Assembly (NCBI RefSeq): GCF_002571385.2 | Contig: NW_019217876.1 | Coordinates: 1 to 64,000, forward strand | DNA from: Stylophora pistillata | Lineage: Eukaryota | Reading direction: 5' to 3' | DNA: 64,000 nucleotides | Shown: positions 12,001 to 23,148 of the stretch, one piece after another | Layout: each line of letters opens with the position of its first letter | Numbering within the stretch: the stretch's first letter is position 1 | Program-made: the position numbers and the translations under genes | Notes under the pieces: model-generated | What the model was told of the DNA's origin: nothing | What the model saw: only the letters and a program-made list of their open reading frames with translations | Database searches by the model: none

Positions 12001-14596
12001 ACAAGTTGACTAATTGAGTGACAGTGCAATCTGGTGAAACAGACAAAAAGGCTGGCATCATCACTTTAACCCTTTAACTCCCAGAACTGATTAACATGTA
12101 ACTTCTCCCTATCATATCCACATATTGTCGAGAAAACAGGTAGTGAGAATACTCAAGCTTATCAGGCTAAAGTTTTTACCTTGATTGAACAACAAATTCT
12201 TCTGACCAATTTACAAGGAAATGTGTAAGAGCCAGAGGGGAGAATTAACAATCAGATCTTGCGAGTTTATGGGTTAAGGCCTACCATCCCACTAGAGTGA
12301 ACAAGTAATACTCTACAATCTCCAATTGCAATTTTCAATGACCTGAGTCCCACAATTTAAGCAGAAAAATCTTCTTTCACTAACCTTTACTTATACCAGT
12401 CCTTGTCACAAGACCCCTGAAAAAAGGATTTAGGAATCAATTTAACCCTCTCAAGTTTACTGGTTCAAGTCAAGTTTTTATGTGTCCTAATGTAAAAGAC
12501 TTTGGAGGAAATACCAACTCTTTACCACCTGTAGAGTTTGGTTTAAGGCAGTTCCAAAATAGTGCTATTAGTTGCTGAAAATTATCTCCAAAACATATTT
12601 CACACTTTTGGATGGCGAGCTGACTCTCTCCCAATAAACTCAAAATGTTACAACTTCCACTAAGATAATAAAACAATATTTCACTTGCAATCAATAAATA
12701 TTCAGGATCTAAATGCAAAACATACTCACTCTAATGCTCCTCTTTGAATATCATGTGACAGAAGATCAGCATAACTAAAATTAACCACAAAGCTAACGTC
12801 ACAACAATGATTCCATGTTTCTTAAAATCAAAGTCACTCACAATCCTTGTGAAGACATGCATTATTAACCAGACATGAGGTCAAGATGGCTGGATATTGG
12901 CTGAGTTCTTTTTTCACATTTTTATGGACTGAGATGAAGTTGAGGTCTACAAAAATGCAAAAAAAAGAACTCGGCTAATATCCAGCCATCTTGACCGAAC
13001 AAGATTGGTTAATAAAGGATTTAACATATTGCAAAAAGATTTTGCTTTATTTAGAATTAAGAGTGACTTGTTTACTTTGAGAGCTGGGAAAGAAAGCCAA
13101 CTGTGTTTGTGGCACATTAACAAACTCACGAGAGTCATTTCTGTTTCCTTTGTGTTTCCATCACTGAAATTGTCCAAGAATTACAGACTTAGTTCTAAAT
13201 CAATTTTTTCATGCGAGGGATCAATGCAGGTAATCCCAACCAGGCAAGATGGACCCATCTTGCCTGCTTGGGTAGCAAATCAGAACACAGGATTCACTTC
13301 ATCTTACCCATGGGTTCTGCGAGCAATGTAATAATGTGTATCATTGATGGCTTAGGATTCTCTGATTGTTTTACACTTTTATAACCATTAACCCTTTAAA
13401 CCCTATGAGAGACCAACATTTCATTTCTCCAAAGCATAATAAAAATGCTGAGTAATTCATTAAGATCACTGAGGAGAATAAAGGAAATGTTAGTCAACCT
13501 AAGAAGCTTTGATCACTTAACAAATTCTCCACGTAAGTATCAAAGGGAATATATATATATAGAAGGGTATGGAGAATACCGATACTGATGTTAGGGAGTG
13601 AAGGATTAAAGACTTACTTGGTGCCAGCCATGAGAAATGGAGTTCGCACTCCCTCCACCAAAACAATGTTTCTCCCAGCTGCTTTTGAAGTTGCACCTGT
13701 ATACGAATGGATATGAAAAGAATAGAACAGTGATCTAGAAATATAAACAGGGTCTTACAGGATTGCAATTTATTATATATTCGGTGCTTAAAATAACGAT
13801 AGATCATTTCAAGATAACCTCTTGCAAAGTTTTGTGGAAATACTCTGATTGCCTTGTTGTCTTTTTAGCTGTCATTTCTTCAAGGTTCCAAGACAAGCCT
13901 TGATATGAAAAAATGTGTACGGTGAAGGGATTTGAGGAAAAAAAGGGAAAAATTACCTTTCGATGTGGATTTTTGCTTTTGAGATGAACTGGCACATCTT
14001 AGGAACACTACAAAAAAAGATAGTAATATATAAGATTTAATGACATTTTGATACGACAAAGTTAAATTCGCTTAAGCTCTAATAACACGTTGTCAAATGC
14101 TTCAGCTGGTTCAAGATTCTTAAACAATAACATTTATCCATTATTTAAAAAAAAATCAGAGATCGATAAAAAATCAAAGAAAACTTTGCCGAGCAATTGT
14201 CTGATTTTGGACTTTGTGAACTGGAGAACACTTAAAGAAAATCTGCCCGACGTAAGATATTAGATCGTCTCCGAACATCAATGTTAGAAAAAAAAACTAT
14301 ACGAACATTGCCTACTAAAAATCAAAGATAAACAGAGGAAATTGGGAAATATATGCGCTTTAAGGTCTCCATCGCGTGAGTTGGACTTTGATCGTAGTCA
14401 CGGAAAAATCCAAATGAAATGTACGTATCACTCTGAAACAGCTTCTTCTTCCTAGGCAGTGAAATAAATGAATAAAGAAAAAAGGAAAGGAAAGTCTGCT
14501 CAATCATCGAAACTTACGAGTGTTCACGGTTCTACTCTGAGAGTTTCTGGCAAAGGTTCGTAAAAGTTTTCCACTACAGTACACGCTGGCCGCCAT
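5251..14596 (-). CDS. HADHB: Mitochondrial trifunctional enzyme subunit beta (3-ketoacyl-CoA thiolase), 475 aa
   Basis: Twenty in-frame exons: 14518-14596, 13957-14007, 13618-13696, 12730-12774, 12385-12416, 11795-11862, 11148-11235, 10515-10636, 10155-10220, 9981-10036, 9206-9242, 8912-8959, 8690-8729, 8085-8209, 7411-7490, 6916-6963, 6715-6802, 6546-6620, 5754-5918, 5251-5286 (1428 nt). The product has an Arg/Ser-rich mitochondrial presequence, the catalytic 'TMACISSN', 'HEAFAGQ', '[14 protein letters not shown]' and 'ACAAGGLGHAM', which is the HADHB subtype. Confidence 0.96.
6037..6340. repeat. Interspersed repeat with internal palindrome (MITE-like)
   Basis: Homologous to 34367-34760 and 55638-55834, which are in the opposite orientation. 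The end at about 6224-6340 is self-complementary. Confidence 0.7.
7020..7385 (-). mobile_element. tRNA-derived SINE, family B
   Basis: The minus strand begins with a tRNA-like head (TAGCTCAATTGGTAGAG ... GGGTTCAAGCCC) and ends in an (AAATT)n tail. Confidence 0.65.
9468..9695. mobile_element. Short Penelope-type palindromic insertion with a decayed hammerhead motif
   Basis: 12-bp direct repeat TGATTTCAATAT at 9456-9467 and 9696-9707, and an internal inverted duplication. It has the same termini as 34032-34195. Confidence 0.75.
12066..12277. mobile_element. piggyBac-like MITE
   Basis: TTAA-CCCTTTAACTC ... GAGTTTATGGG-TTAA; very similar to 37736-37944. Confidence 0.7.
12863..13335. repeat. Interspersed repeat
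   Basis: Colinear with 32724-33200 (shared GAGGTCAAGATGGCT..., GGGAAAGAAAGCCAACTGTGTTTGT, GCAAGATGG...CATCTTGCCTGCT). Confidence 0.7.
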
Positions 14597-14890
14597 ATTG
14601 GTTGTGGAGGTTAGTTGAGGTAACCACGCCTCCAACTTGATTGTTTACGAGAGTTAGTCGATAAGGGTCAATGAAGGTCATACTAATCCGACCATGACCG
14701 AGTTTTGCCGATTATTTTACGATTCTAAGATTATGGGCTGCCTTACCGCGATTTGATCGCTGGCGCCATGTGCATTGCAGTCTGAAGTTAGGATGCATGG
14801 TTGATCTTATAGAAATTGCTTTGTGACCTTAGTAACTTTAGGATGATTGAGTAAGACCTGTAGGAAGACAACGAAGTTCTTTATTCGGCG
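14597..14890. promoter_or_regulatory. Putative bidirectional promoter shared by HADHB and the Tudor gene
   Basis: Only 294 bp separate the divergent ATGs and the region is locally CpG-rich. A YY1-like GCCGCCATATT motif overlaps the HADHB start (14589-14599). Confidence 0.7.
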
Positions 14891-17800
14891 ATGGCGATGC
14901 AAGTGAAATTCCCGTTTGGGAGGACAGTGAGCATTTTAGTAACTCACGTGGAAGAGGCTTCGGGGAATTTTTTCGTTCAAATCAACGCCGAGGCGGGAAA
15001 ATTGGATGCACTCATGGTAGAAATAGAAGAAAATGTGCTCTCAGGGAAAGCTAGACCACCCAAAGTTTCAGATATTATGGTCGGCTGCATTTATTTGGCG
15101 CAATATAAAGAAGATAATCGATGGTACCGGGCTCGCATCTTACGGGTGAATCCCGCTGATCAACAGTGTGAAGTTTTCTTTTTGGATTATGGAAATACAG
15201 ATTTCGCGCCCTTAAGTTGCATAAGAATCGCAGAAGAGAAGTTTTGTGACTTGCCGCCCCAGTGTTTCGAATGTGAGCTTGAAGGAGTTGATCTTCGCAG
15301 AGAAAGTTTTGACGAAACGGTGACCTGGCTGAACAAGACTATCTTGGAGCAAGAGCTTTATTGTAAGGCCGTTCAGCTGAAGAAACAGAATATCTTAGTT
15401 ACACAACTTTTCTTCGATGAGAGAGGTACTAAATCCGTCTTCGACGAGATGCAAAGTGGTGGTTTAAGTACTGCTGCTGCCGTTCCCTTGACCAATGGAG
15501 ATAGCAAATTACCTCAACAACCAAACCTGAGGAGGGAAGTGAAATACAACTCAATCAGTCTCCCCCCTGATTCATACAATGATCTCAGTGTGACTTGGGT
15601 GGAAGATCCATCACATTTCTGGTGCCAGCTCTTGGGTAACACAGACCTACTGGAGAAATTAATGGATGATCTTGCCGAGGTCTACACTTATCAGGATCCA
15701 GCAACTTTACCTTTACAGTCATGCACTGTGGGATATCCCTGCTGTGCAAAGTTCTATGAAGATGATACATGGTATAGAGGAATAATCACCAATGTCAGTT
15801 CGATTGCTACTGGACAGATTGAAGTTAGGTTTGTGGATTATGGCAATACGCAGCAGACGGAGTTGTCAGATGTCAGAGATTTGAAGGATGATTTTCTAAA
15901 GATTCCTTGTCAAGCCCTGAACTTTGCCATAGCTGGGGTTGAACCTGCCAGCAAGGATGGGCTTTGGGCTGATGAAGCCAAAGTGTTGTTTGAGAAGTTG
16001 ATTAAATTTAAACATGTGGTGGGACTTGTAACCAGTGTAGAGAACAGTGGAAAACATAGAGTGAAACTTATAGACACAACCTCAGATAGTGATATGGAAC
16101 TGAACCAAATTCTCATTGCTGCTAACTTTGGGATTAAGTCAGCAGACTTACCTTGTGCAACCACGTCAGCAGCAACTGCATCTCAGACAACTGTGAAAAA
16201 AATGTCTCCACCTGTTTTTGCTCAAGAAAATGTTCCAGTCGGGGTGGAGGAGAAAGCTTTGGTCACCAACATTATCAATCCTTCGAAATTTTACTGTCAG
16301 CTGTTTAAAAATGGACCGAAACTAGAGAGTTTGATGCAGGAGGTAAATCGTCACTATGCAAAACTTGGTGCAAATGAAGAACTTCTGTCATCTCCCTCTC
16401 CTGGCGATCCATGCTGTGCCCAGTTTTCAGAAGATGGTTGTTGGTATCGTGGTTTGGTATTGGGAACTCAACCAAAGGGTGTCACTGTTCAGTATGTTGA
16501 CTATGGAAACTCTGAAACACTACCAATCAACAAGATAAAGAAACTAATTCCCAAGTTCTCTGACCTGCCACAACAAGGTATTGAATGCTCCCTGAACCGA
16601 ATCATGCCCAAATTTGTTTCTGGAGAGCTGAAGTGGAGACATCAGGACTCTCAAAAATTAATTGATTTAGCTTTGGAGAAAGAGGGCATGCTTACAACTA
16701 TAACTCAGGACAGTAAAGGCATCTGTCGAGTTGAACTTCTTGTAAAAAACAGAAGAGAAAATCAGAATATTAGTGATCAGCTGGTCCTTAGTGGAAATGC
16801 AGAGTTTGCAGATGGAGCATTACCTACTTCTGAAAATTGGAACAATCTCAAATCACAAACAATTCCTGCTCCAGATCTGAAAGTTGGCCAATTTGAAGAT
16901 GTGATTGTCAGTTACATTGAACATCCATGCAACTTTTGGTGTCAGCTACAGAAATCTGCGACAGAGCTTGAGTCATTAATGAGAGAAATCTCTGAAGTTT
17001 ATGGTTCTGAAGGACAAAGGATTGCCATCTCTAAGCCTGTTTGTGGTAAGATCAACTAAATTTTAGACTTGTCTTAGTGGTTGGAACAAAATTCTGGTCA
17101 AAATGGTCTCAAGCAAGTTTGATTTGGATTTCTCTTTGCTCCAGCTATATTTTTGTAATCGTTAAACAAAAAGAGAAGTCAAACTAGTTTGAATTTGTCT
17201 TGACCTGATATAATTTTAACTCCAATATGCATGTTCACTCAAAAATTGTCGAAATTTGTAATAACATGTAAGAAAATTACAATGTTGTGGGTTTTTAGGG
17301 CTAGGTCAGCAAAAGGGTGTTATAACACTGATTTCTATTTAATAAGTTTTTAACTGAGTGTCAAAAGTAATAGGAGATTGCTTTGTTTTTGGTTTACTGT
17401 AATTTCTGGCCGTTAACCCGCTGGTAATTTGTTGACTTTGACTCAAACATGCTCCACTGCGGGTAATAGGGAGGTGTGGGTTATGTGACAGTTTTGAAAT
17501 CTACTGGCAGTTGAATTGTAAAACATTCTCACCTAGCTGCGTTTCCACCTCTCAGATGACTTTTATTGTATGAAGAGTGCCACAAAGCGGCACGAAAACA
17601 TGATGCCGACTTGAGTTTATTTCACACACAATTAGTTGAGCGACAAACACATTTTTATTGGCATGCGTGTAAACAAAACCTTGATGGTGACAAAAATAAT
17701 CCAAGGATAACTGGCGCACCAGTAACAAATTTCCAGTTAATGTTAGCTTGAGCTGGGGAGAATTTTCCCATATTAAGGGACTTGTTAGATCCAGTAGAAC

Positions 17801-20800
17801 CAAAGATATCAATTTTTTTGAAAAATCAACAAATCAACATTGTGCTGAATGATTGCTCACACAAAATGTGCAGGGTTCATACAGGTCATGGAAAACCTGG
17901 AAAGTGATGGAATTTCAAATTTCATTTTCCAGGCCTGGAAAGTCATGAAATTTAGGTGTGGGTCATGGAAAGTCATGGAAAATCCATATGCTCTCTATGA
18001 GTGAAAGGCAATAAGACCCAAAGTTGAAAAGTCAACTAATGAGGCCAAAAACCAGATTTAATTTGATTAGAAATAAACAGCAGCACGTCTTATGAGAATG
18101 TTTGCAAACAGGTCATGGAATCTTTCAAAAGATCATGGAAAAAGTCCTGGAAAGTCATGGAATTTTTACAGGTCAAAAGTGTACAAACCCTGATGTGGCC
18201 ATGAATTCACATTATGTTAAGTATGAAATGTTGTGAATTCTAGAGCCTTTTTGTACAAATTTTCTTTGCTTTTAAACACGAAGGAGCGCTATAAAAGGAG
18301 CCTTAGGTCCCATTGGACCATTTGTCAATCAACCGTCGTGTGATGTAGAACTCTCAGAGTCAAGTAAGCTTGAGCTACAGCTACTCCAAAGCAGTGAACA
18401 GAGGGCGCATTCCTCAAAATTGTTTTATGTCTTCATCACAGTATAAGAATTTTTGAGATTTGTATTTCCTTTCTCCAATGGAAACTGTTTTTATTTGTGG
18501 CGGTAAATTTGAGATCGAAGTAGGTGGTTTGGACGTTACCTCATGCCACCATGCTGGTGGAAGTAAACAATAGATATCTCATTAGCTCCTTTTGTTCATC
18601 TACCAGCATTTAAATTTGACCCGCACACCTCAACGGTTAGTGACAAATGAGCCTAGGTCTTCCCAGGGAAGACTTATATAGCGTGCCTTCATGTTTAAGG
18701 TGTGTGTTATCCACCAGTGCACGTAATCTGTTGACTTTTTTTTCGCCGCATGCAATAATTGGCTGGTGCGGGTAATCAGCCATGTGGGTAAACAGACAAA
18801 AATTACAGTACTTTGCTATGTGACCAGTACAGAAAAGTGGAGCTTCTTTCTCAACCAATCATTTTTATTAATGTGGTTTAGTTTTAAGTCACCCAACAAA
18901 ATATGCTCTAACTAGTTTTGTAGGAAATTATCGTGGAAGATAAAAGGAAGAATTGCTTGTCACTGAGATGTGTAAAGCTAAGGGTAAAGAAGTGTTGTTT
19001 TCTCAACTTTTTTTTTTTTCATGGTGTTCATGCAGATATGCTTTGTTGTGCCCAATTCTCTGAGGATAACAAGTGGTACCGTGGTAAAATCACTGGCATT
19101 ATGAAAGGAGGCCGAGTTGAAGTCCATTTTGTTGATTATGGTAACTTTGAAAAACTACCACTTAGCCGTGTGAAGAAGCTGCAGACCGAGTTCTTGAAAC
19201 TTCCAACACAAGCTGTAAAATGTGCACTGGCTAAAATCAGTCCCTCTCATCAAGACTTGCTATCTGATGATGTCATGAGCAGATTTGAGGAGCTAACTTT
19301 GGATAAAGAACTTGTTATGATGGCTGACAAGTATGATGAAATGAATGGTGTATTTCTGGTAGTCCTCCTTGATACCACAGAAGGGAAGAACCTAGACGTT
19401 GGTAATGATCTTCAGACCATCATGACTCCGAGCTCAAACCGTGAAGAAGCTCACATTGCTGCTCTGCAGGTTCAACCAGGTACTTCAGAACGTGTGTTTG
19501 TCTCTTCAGTATCAAGCTCATCAAAATTCTTTTGTCAGTTATTGAAATCATCTGAGCCATTAGATGTATTGATGAATGACATGTTTGAACATTATGAAAG
19601 TCTGGGTGCCCAACAGGAGAACATGTTGAAACCATCAGTTGGAGAGTTTTGTGCTGCTAAGTTTACTTTAGATGATGGTTGGTACCGTGCTAAAGTCCTT
19701 GATGTTAACGGAAGCAATGTTTCAGTCCTTTACATTGACTATGGAAACTCTGAAACTCTGTCATCATCACGACTCAAATTGTTGAACTCAAAGTTTTATC
19801 ACCTTGCTGCTCAAGCAATTGAATGCTCGCTATCTGGGACTTTCAGGGAGTCTTCTGATAAAATATTTTTGGAACTTGTATCAGAGAAAGAATTTACTGC
19901 TCGAATTGTGAATGTCAGGAGTGGAGTTGCAGAGGTTGATCTCATATCAAAGGACACCAATCAGTCTGTCAGCAGCATTTATGTCAACTCAAGTCCAACA
20001 TCTCCATCTTCTAGCATTTCCCAGATGCACTGGAAACCAGGAAATACTGTTCATGTAGTGATCCCTTATGCTGAAAGCACTCAGAAGTTTTTTTGCCATA
20101 GTACAGCACACTCGACAGAACTAGATGACCTTATGACCAAATTAGAAGAATGCTACAGCTCCAGTGTGGAGAACATATCTTCCCTAAATGTCGGCTCTCT
20201 TTATGTGGCTTGGTATGATGGCTGGTACAGGGCAAAAGTGGAGAAAATTCAAGGAAAGGATGTCACTGTCAACTTCATAGATTATGGAGATAGTGCAACT
20301 ATCTTGCTTGACAATATTCGAACAATCAAGCCTGAATTTTCCACTCTACCAGCACAAGCCATACCATGCTGTTTGAAAGGTTCCTCAGCCAATCAAGAGC
20401 CAGAAAATTTCAAGGAGCTGGTTGGTGAACAAGAGTTTAAAGCACAGGTTATAAGTGCAAAGGGCAACAGTGTTTATGAAGTCATTCTTGTGCCATTAGA
20501 TGGCTCAGCACCACTAGGCCAACTGCTTTCTAAAGAACCACAATCATCAGCCTCACTAACCTTGAGTGTGCCAAACCTCAAGCTGAAACATGGTGACAAA
20601 GTAGATGTTTTCATCCCATTTGTGGTTAGTGCCCAGGAGTTCTATTGTCAACTTTCTCAAAATGAAAGTGATTTATCAGACCTCATGAACAAGTTGGAAG
20701 AACATTACAGTTTAGATCATGAGAACTTTAATTCAATTGGTGTTGGTGCTTTCTGTGTGGCACGCTATGAGGATGGTGGCTGGTACCGTGCTCAAGTTTC

Positions 20801-23104
20801 TCAGATTCAAGTGAACAGTGTAGAAGTGTTTTACATTGATTATGGTGATTCTGCAACCATTCCACATAGCGGCATAAGATCCCTGAAACCACAATTCTCA
20901 CTGCTACCGGCCCAAGCTGTAAGTTGTTGTTTGAAAGGATTTTCTGTCCAGCAAGGGCCTGAGAACTTTAAAGACCTTGTTAATGAGCAGCAGTTCAAAG
21001 CCCAGGTGACAAGTGTGAAATCAGAGAATACTTATGAGGTAGAATTGATGTCTGAAGATGGAACTTCCCTCTTTACCAAAACACCAATGTCTGGTGAAAT
21101 AGAAACTTCTGAGCCATCTGCAAGAGTCAGTGACATTCAGCTAAATCCGGGAGTTGAAGTTGATGTTTTTATTCCATTTGTGGACAGTGCACAAAAGTTC
21201 TTTTGTCAACTCTCTCAAAACTCAAGTAACCTGGATGAACTTATGATAAGACTGGAAGAACATTACAGTTCAAACCAGGGTAACCTGACTTCTATCAGTG
21301 TTGGTTCTTTCTGTGTGGCTCGCTATGAAGATGGTGGCTGGTACCGTGCACGAGTCACCAAAGCTCAAGGGAACAGTGTAGAGGTCTTTTACATTGACTA
21401 TGGTGATGCTGCAACTATTCCTCTAACCAGTGTCCAGTCACTGAAGACAGAATTTGCATCATTACCAGCCCAAGCGGTTAGCTGCTGTTTGAAAGGTTAT
21501 TCTGCAAATCAGGAGCCAGAAAACTTCAAGGACTTAGTTATTGAGCAAGAATTTAAACTTCAAGTGCATGGCAGCCGTGATCCTGGTATCTATGAAGTTG
21601 AGTTGTTCTCTGAAGATGGTTCAAAACTGTTTGGTGCATCAACCCGTGGGGAGGCTGAGAAAGGTATTGTGTTAATACTGTGTTAGTCTAGTAGAACTAC
21701 AGTAGGTAACTCTCACAAATCTCAAAATTCACTTGGAAGTAATTTTTTTGTATGGACTATTCAGCAACAAAGATGCTTAAAATACTTATGGAAGAAATCA
21801 AGGAGAAAGAAGCTTAGGTTGGCCTCTTTTCTTACCGCCGCCTGTGTAATCATGACAACAGGAGGTTATTTAAGGGGAGGCAGATCAATCGGATGCCAGG
21901 TTGCCCACCGGGGTTGTCCTTAACTTCTGTGGACAAACCTGGGAAATGGAATCCAACATTAGTCTACAAAACTCATTAGTCATCTTGCTATTCAACTGTT
22001 GGCTTTTTAGGATGTCACAATACCGAGTATGCTTGATAAACAGTATCAGCAATTTCAAGTTTTCTTGAGCTAACAACCTTTAAGTTATAACAGAAATGTA
22101 GCTTATTATGGCAAGTTATTTTGGTGTATGTAGCAAAACATCCAGACTATTGTTCTGTGTCAGTGGTTTAATACCATTATGTTTGTATTTTTCAAGGCTC
22201 TGTGCCTCTCATGGAGATCAAAGTAGGTTCATTTGTAGAGCTGTGCCCCACAGAGTGTGTCAATCCACATCTGTTCTACTGCCAGATTGCAACAGCAGAT
22301 CGCAAAGAGATACTGTCAAAACTGATGGATAAACTCCAAGAAACTTCAGTAGATAGTGAGCAACAACAAAACTTAGAAAACCCTACAGTTGGATTAAACT
22401 GTACAGCACTTTTTCCAGGTTTGTCATTTGTTGGTAAAATTACTAGTGCTTCTTGGAAATACTACAATCAGTCCTCTGCCATCATAGTATGGTACAAAAG
22501 GAATGAATCAAAAGGATATTTAGATGAAACTGTTTCTTACCACATAATTTGATTGTGTGAATGAGGTATTTAGACCTTGATGTCCACAATTTGTCCTTGA
22601 AATTCTTGGAAATAGTACAGTTAGTCCTCTGCCATTATGGTATGGTACAAAAGGAATGAATCAAAAGGATATTTAGATGAAACTGTTTCTTACCACATAA
22701 TTTGATTGTGTGAATGAGGTATTTAGACCTTGATGTCCACAATTTGGCCTTGAAATTCTTGGAAATAGTACAGTTAGTCCTCTGCCATTATGGTATGGTA
22801 CAAAAGGAATGAATCAAAAGGTGTGGCCAAGTGATTAGGGTGCTGGATTTGTAATCCGGTGGTCCGGGTTCGAGTCCTCCACCCTTTACTCGCTGGAATT
22901 GTTCTCAGTTGTCCCAAGTTCAACTCCTCGGCTGTGCTCTGTAAACAACCTACTGGTCTGCCTCCTGCCAGTGGGGATTTTGATGCACTTTAAGTTTTAT
23001 TTAAAAAATCTTTATTTGATTTATTTGAGGGTCACAGGTTCATCAGTTGAATTACTGTCACGTGTTACCCTCCTCAAATAAAGTTATTATTAGTAGTAGT
23101 ATTA

Positions 23105-23148
<44 letters not shown>

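Noticed and set aside
22450-22820. CRISPR-like array
   Set aside because: It is a plain tandem duplication with no unique spacers, in a eukaryotic intron.
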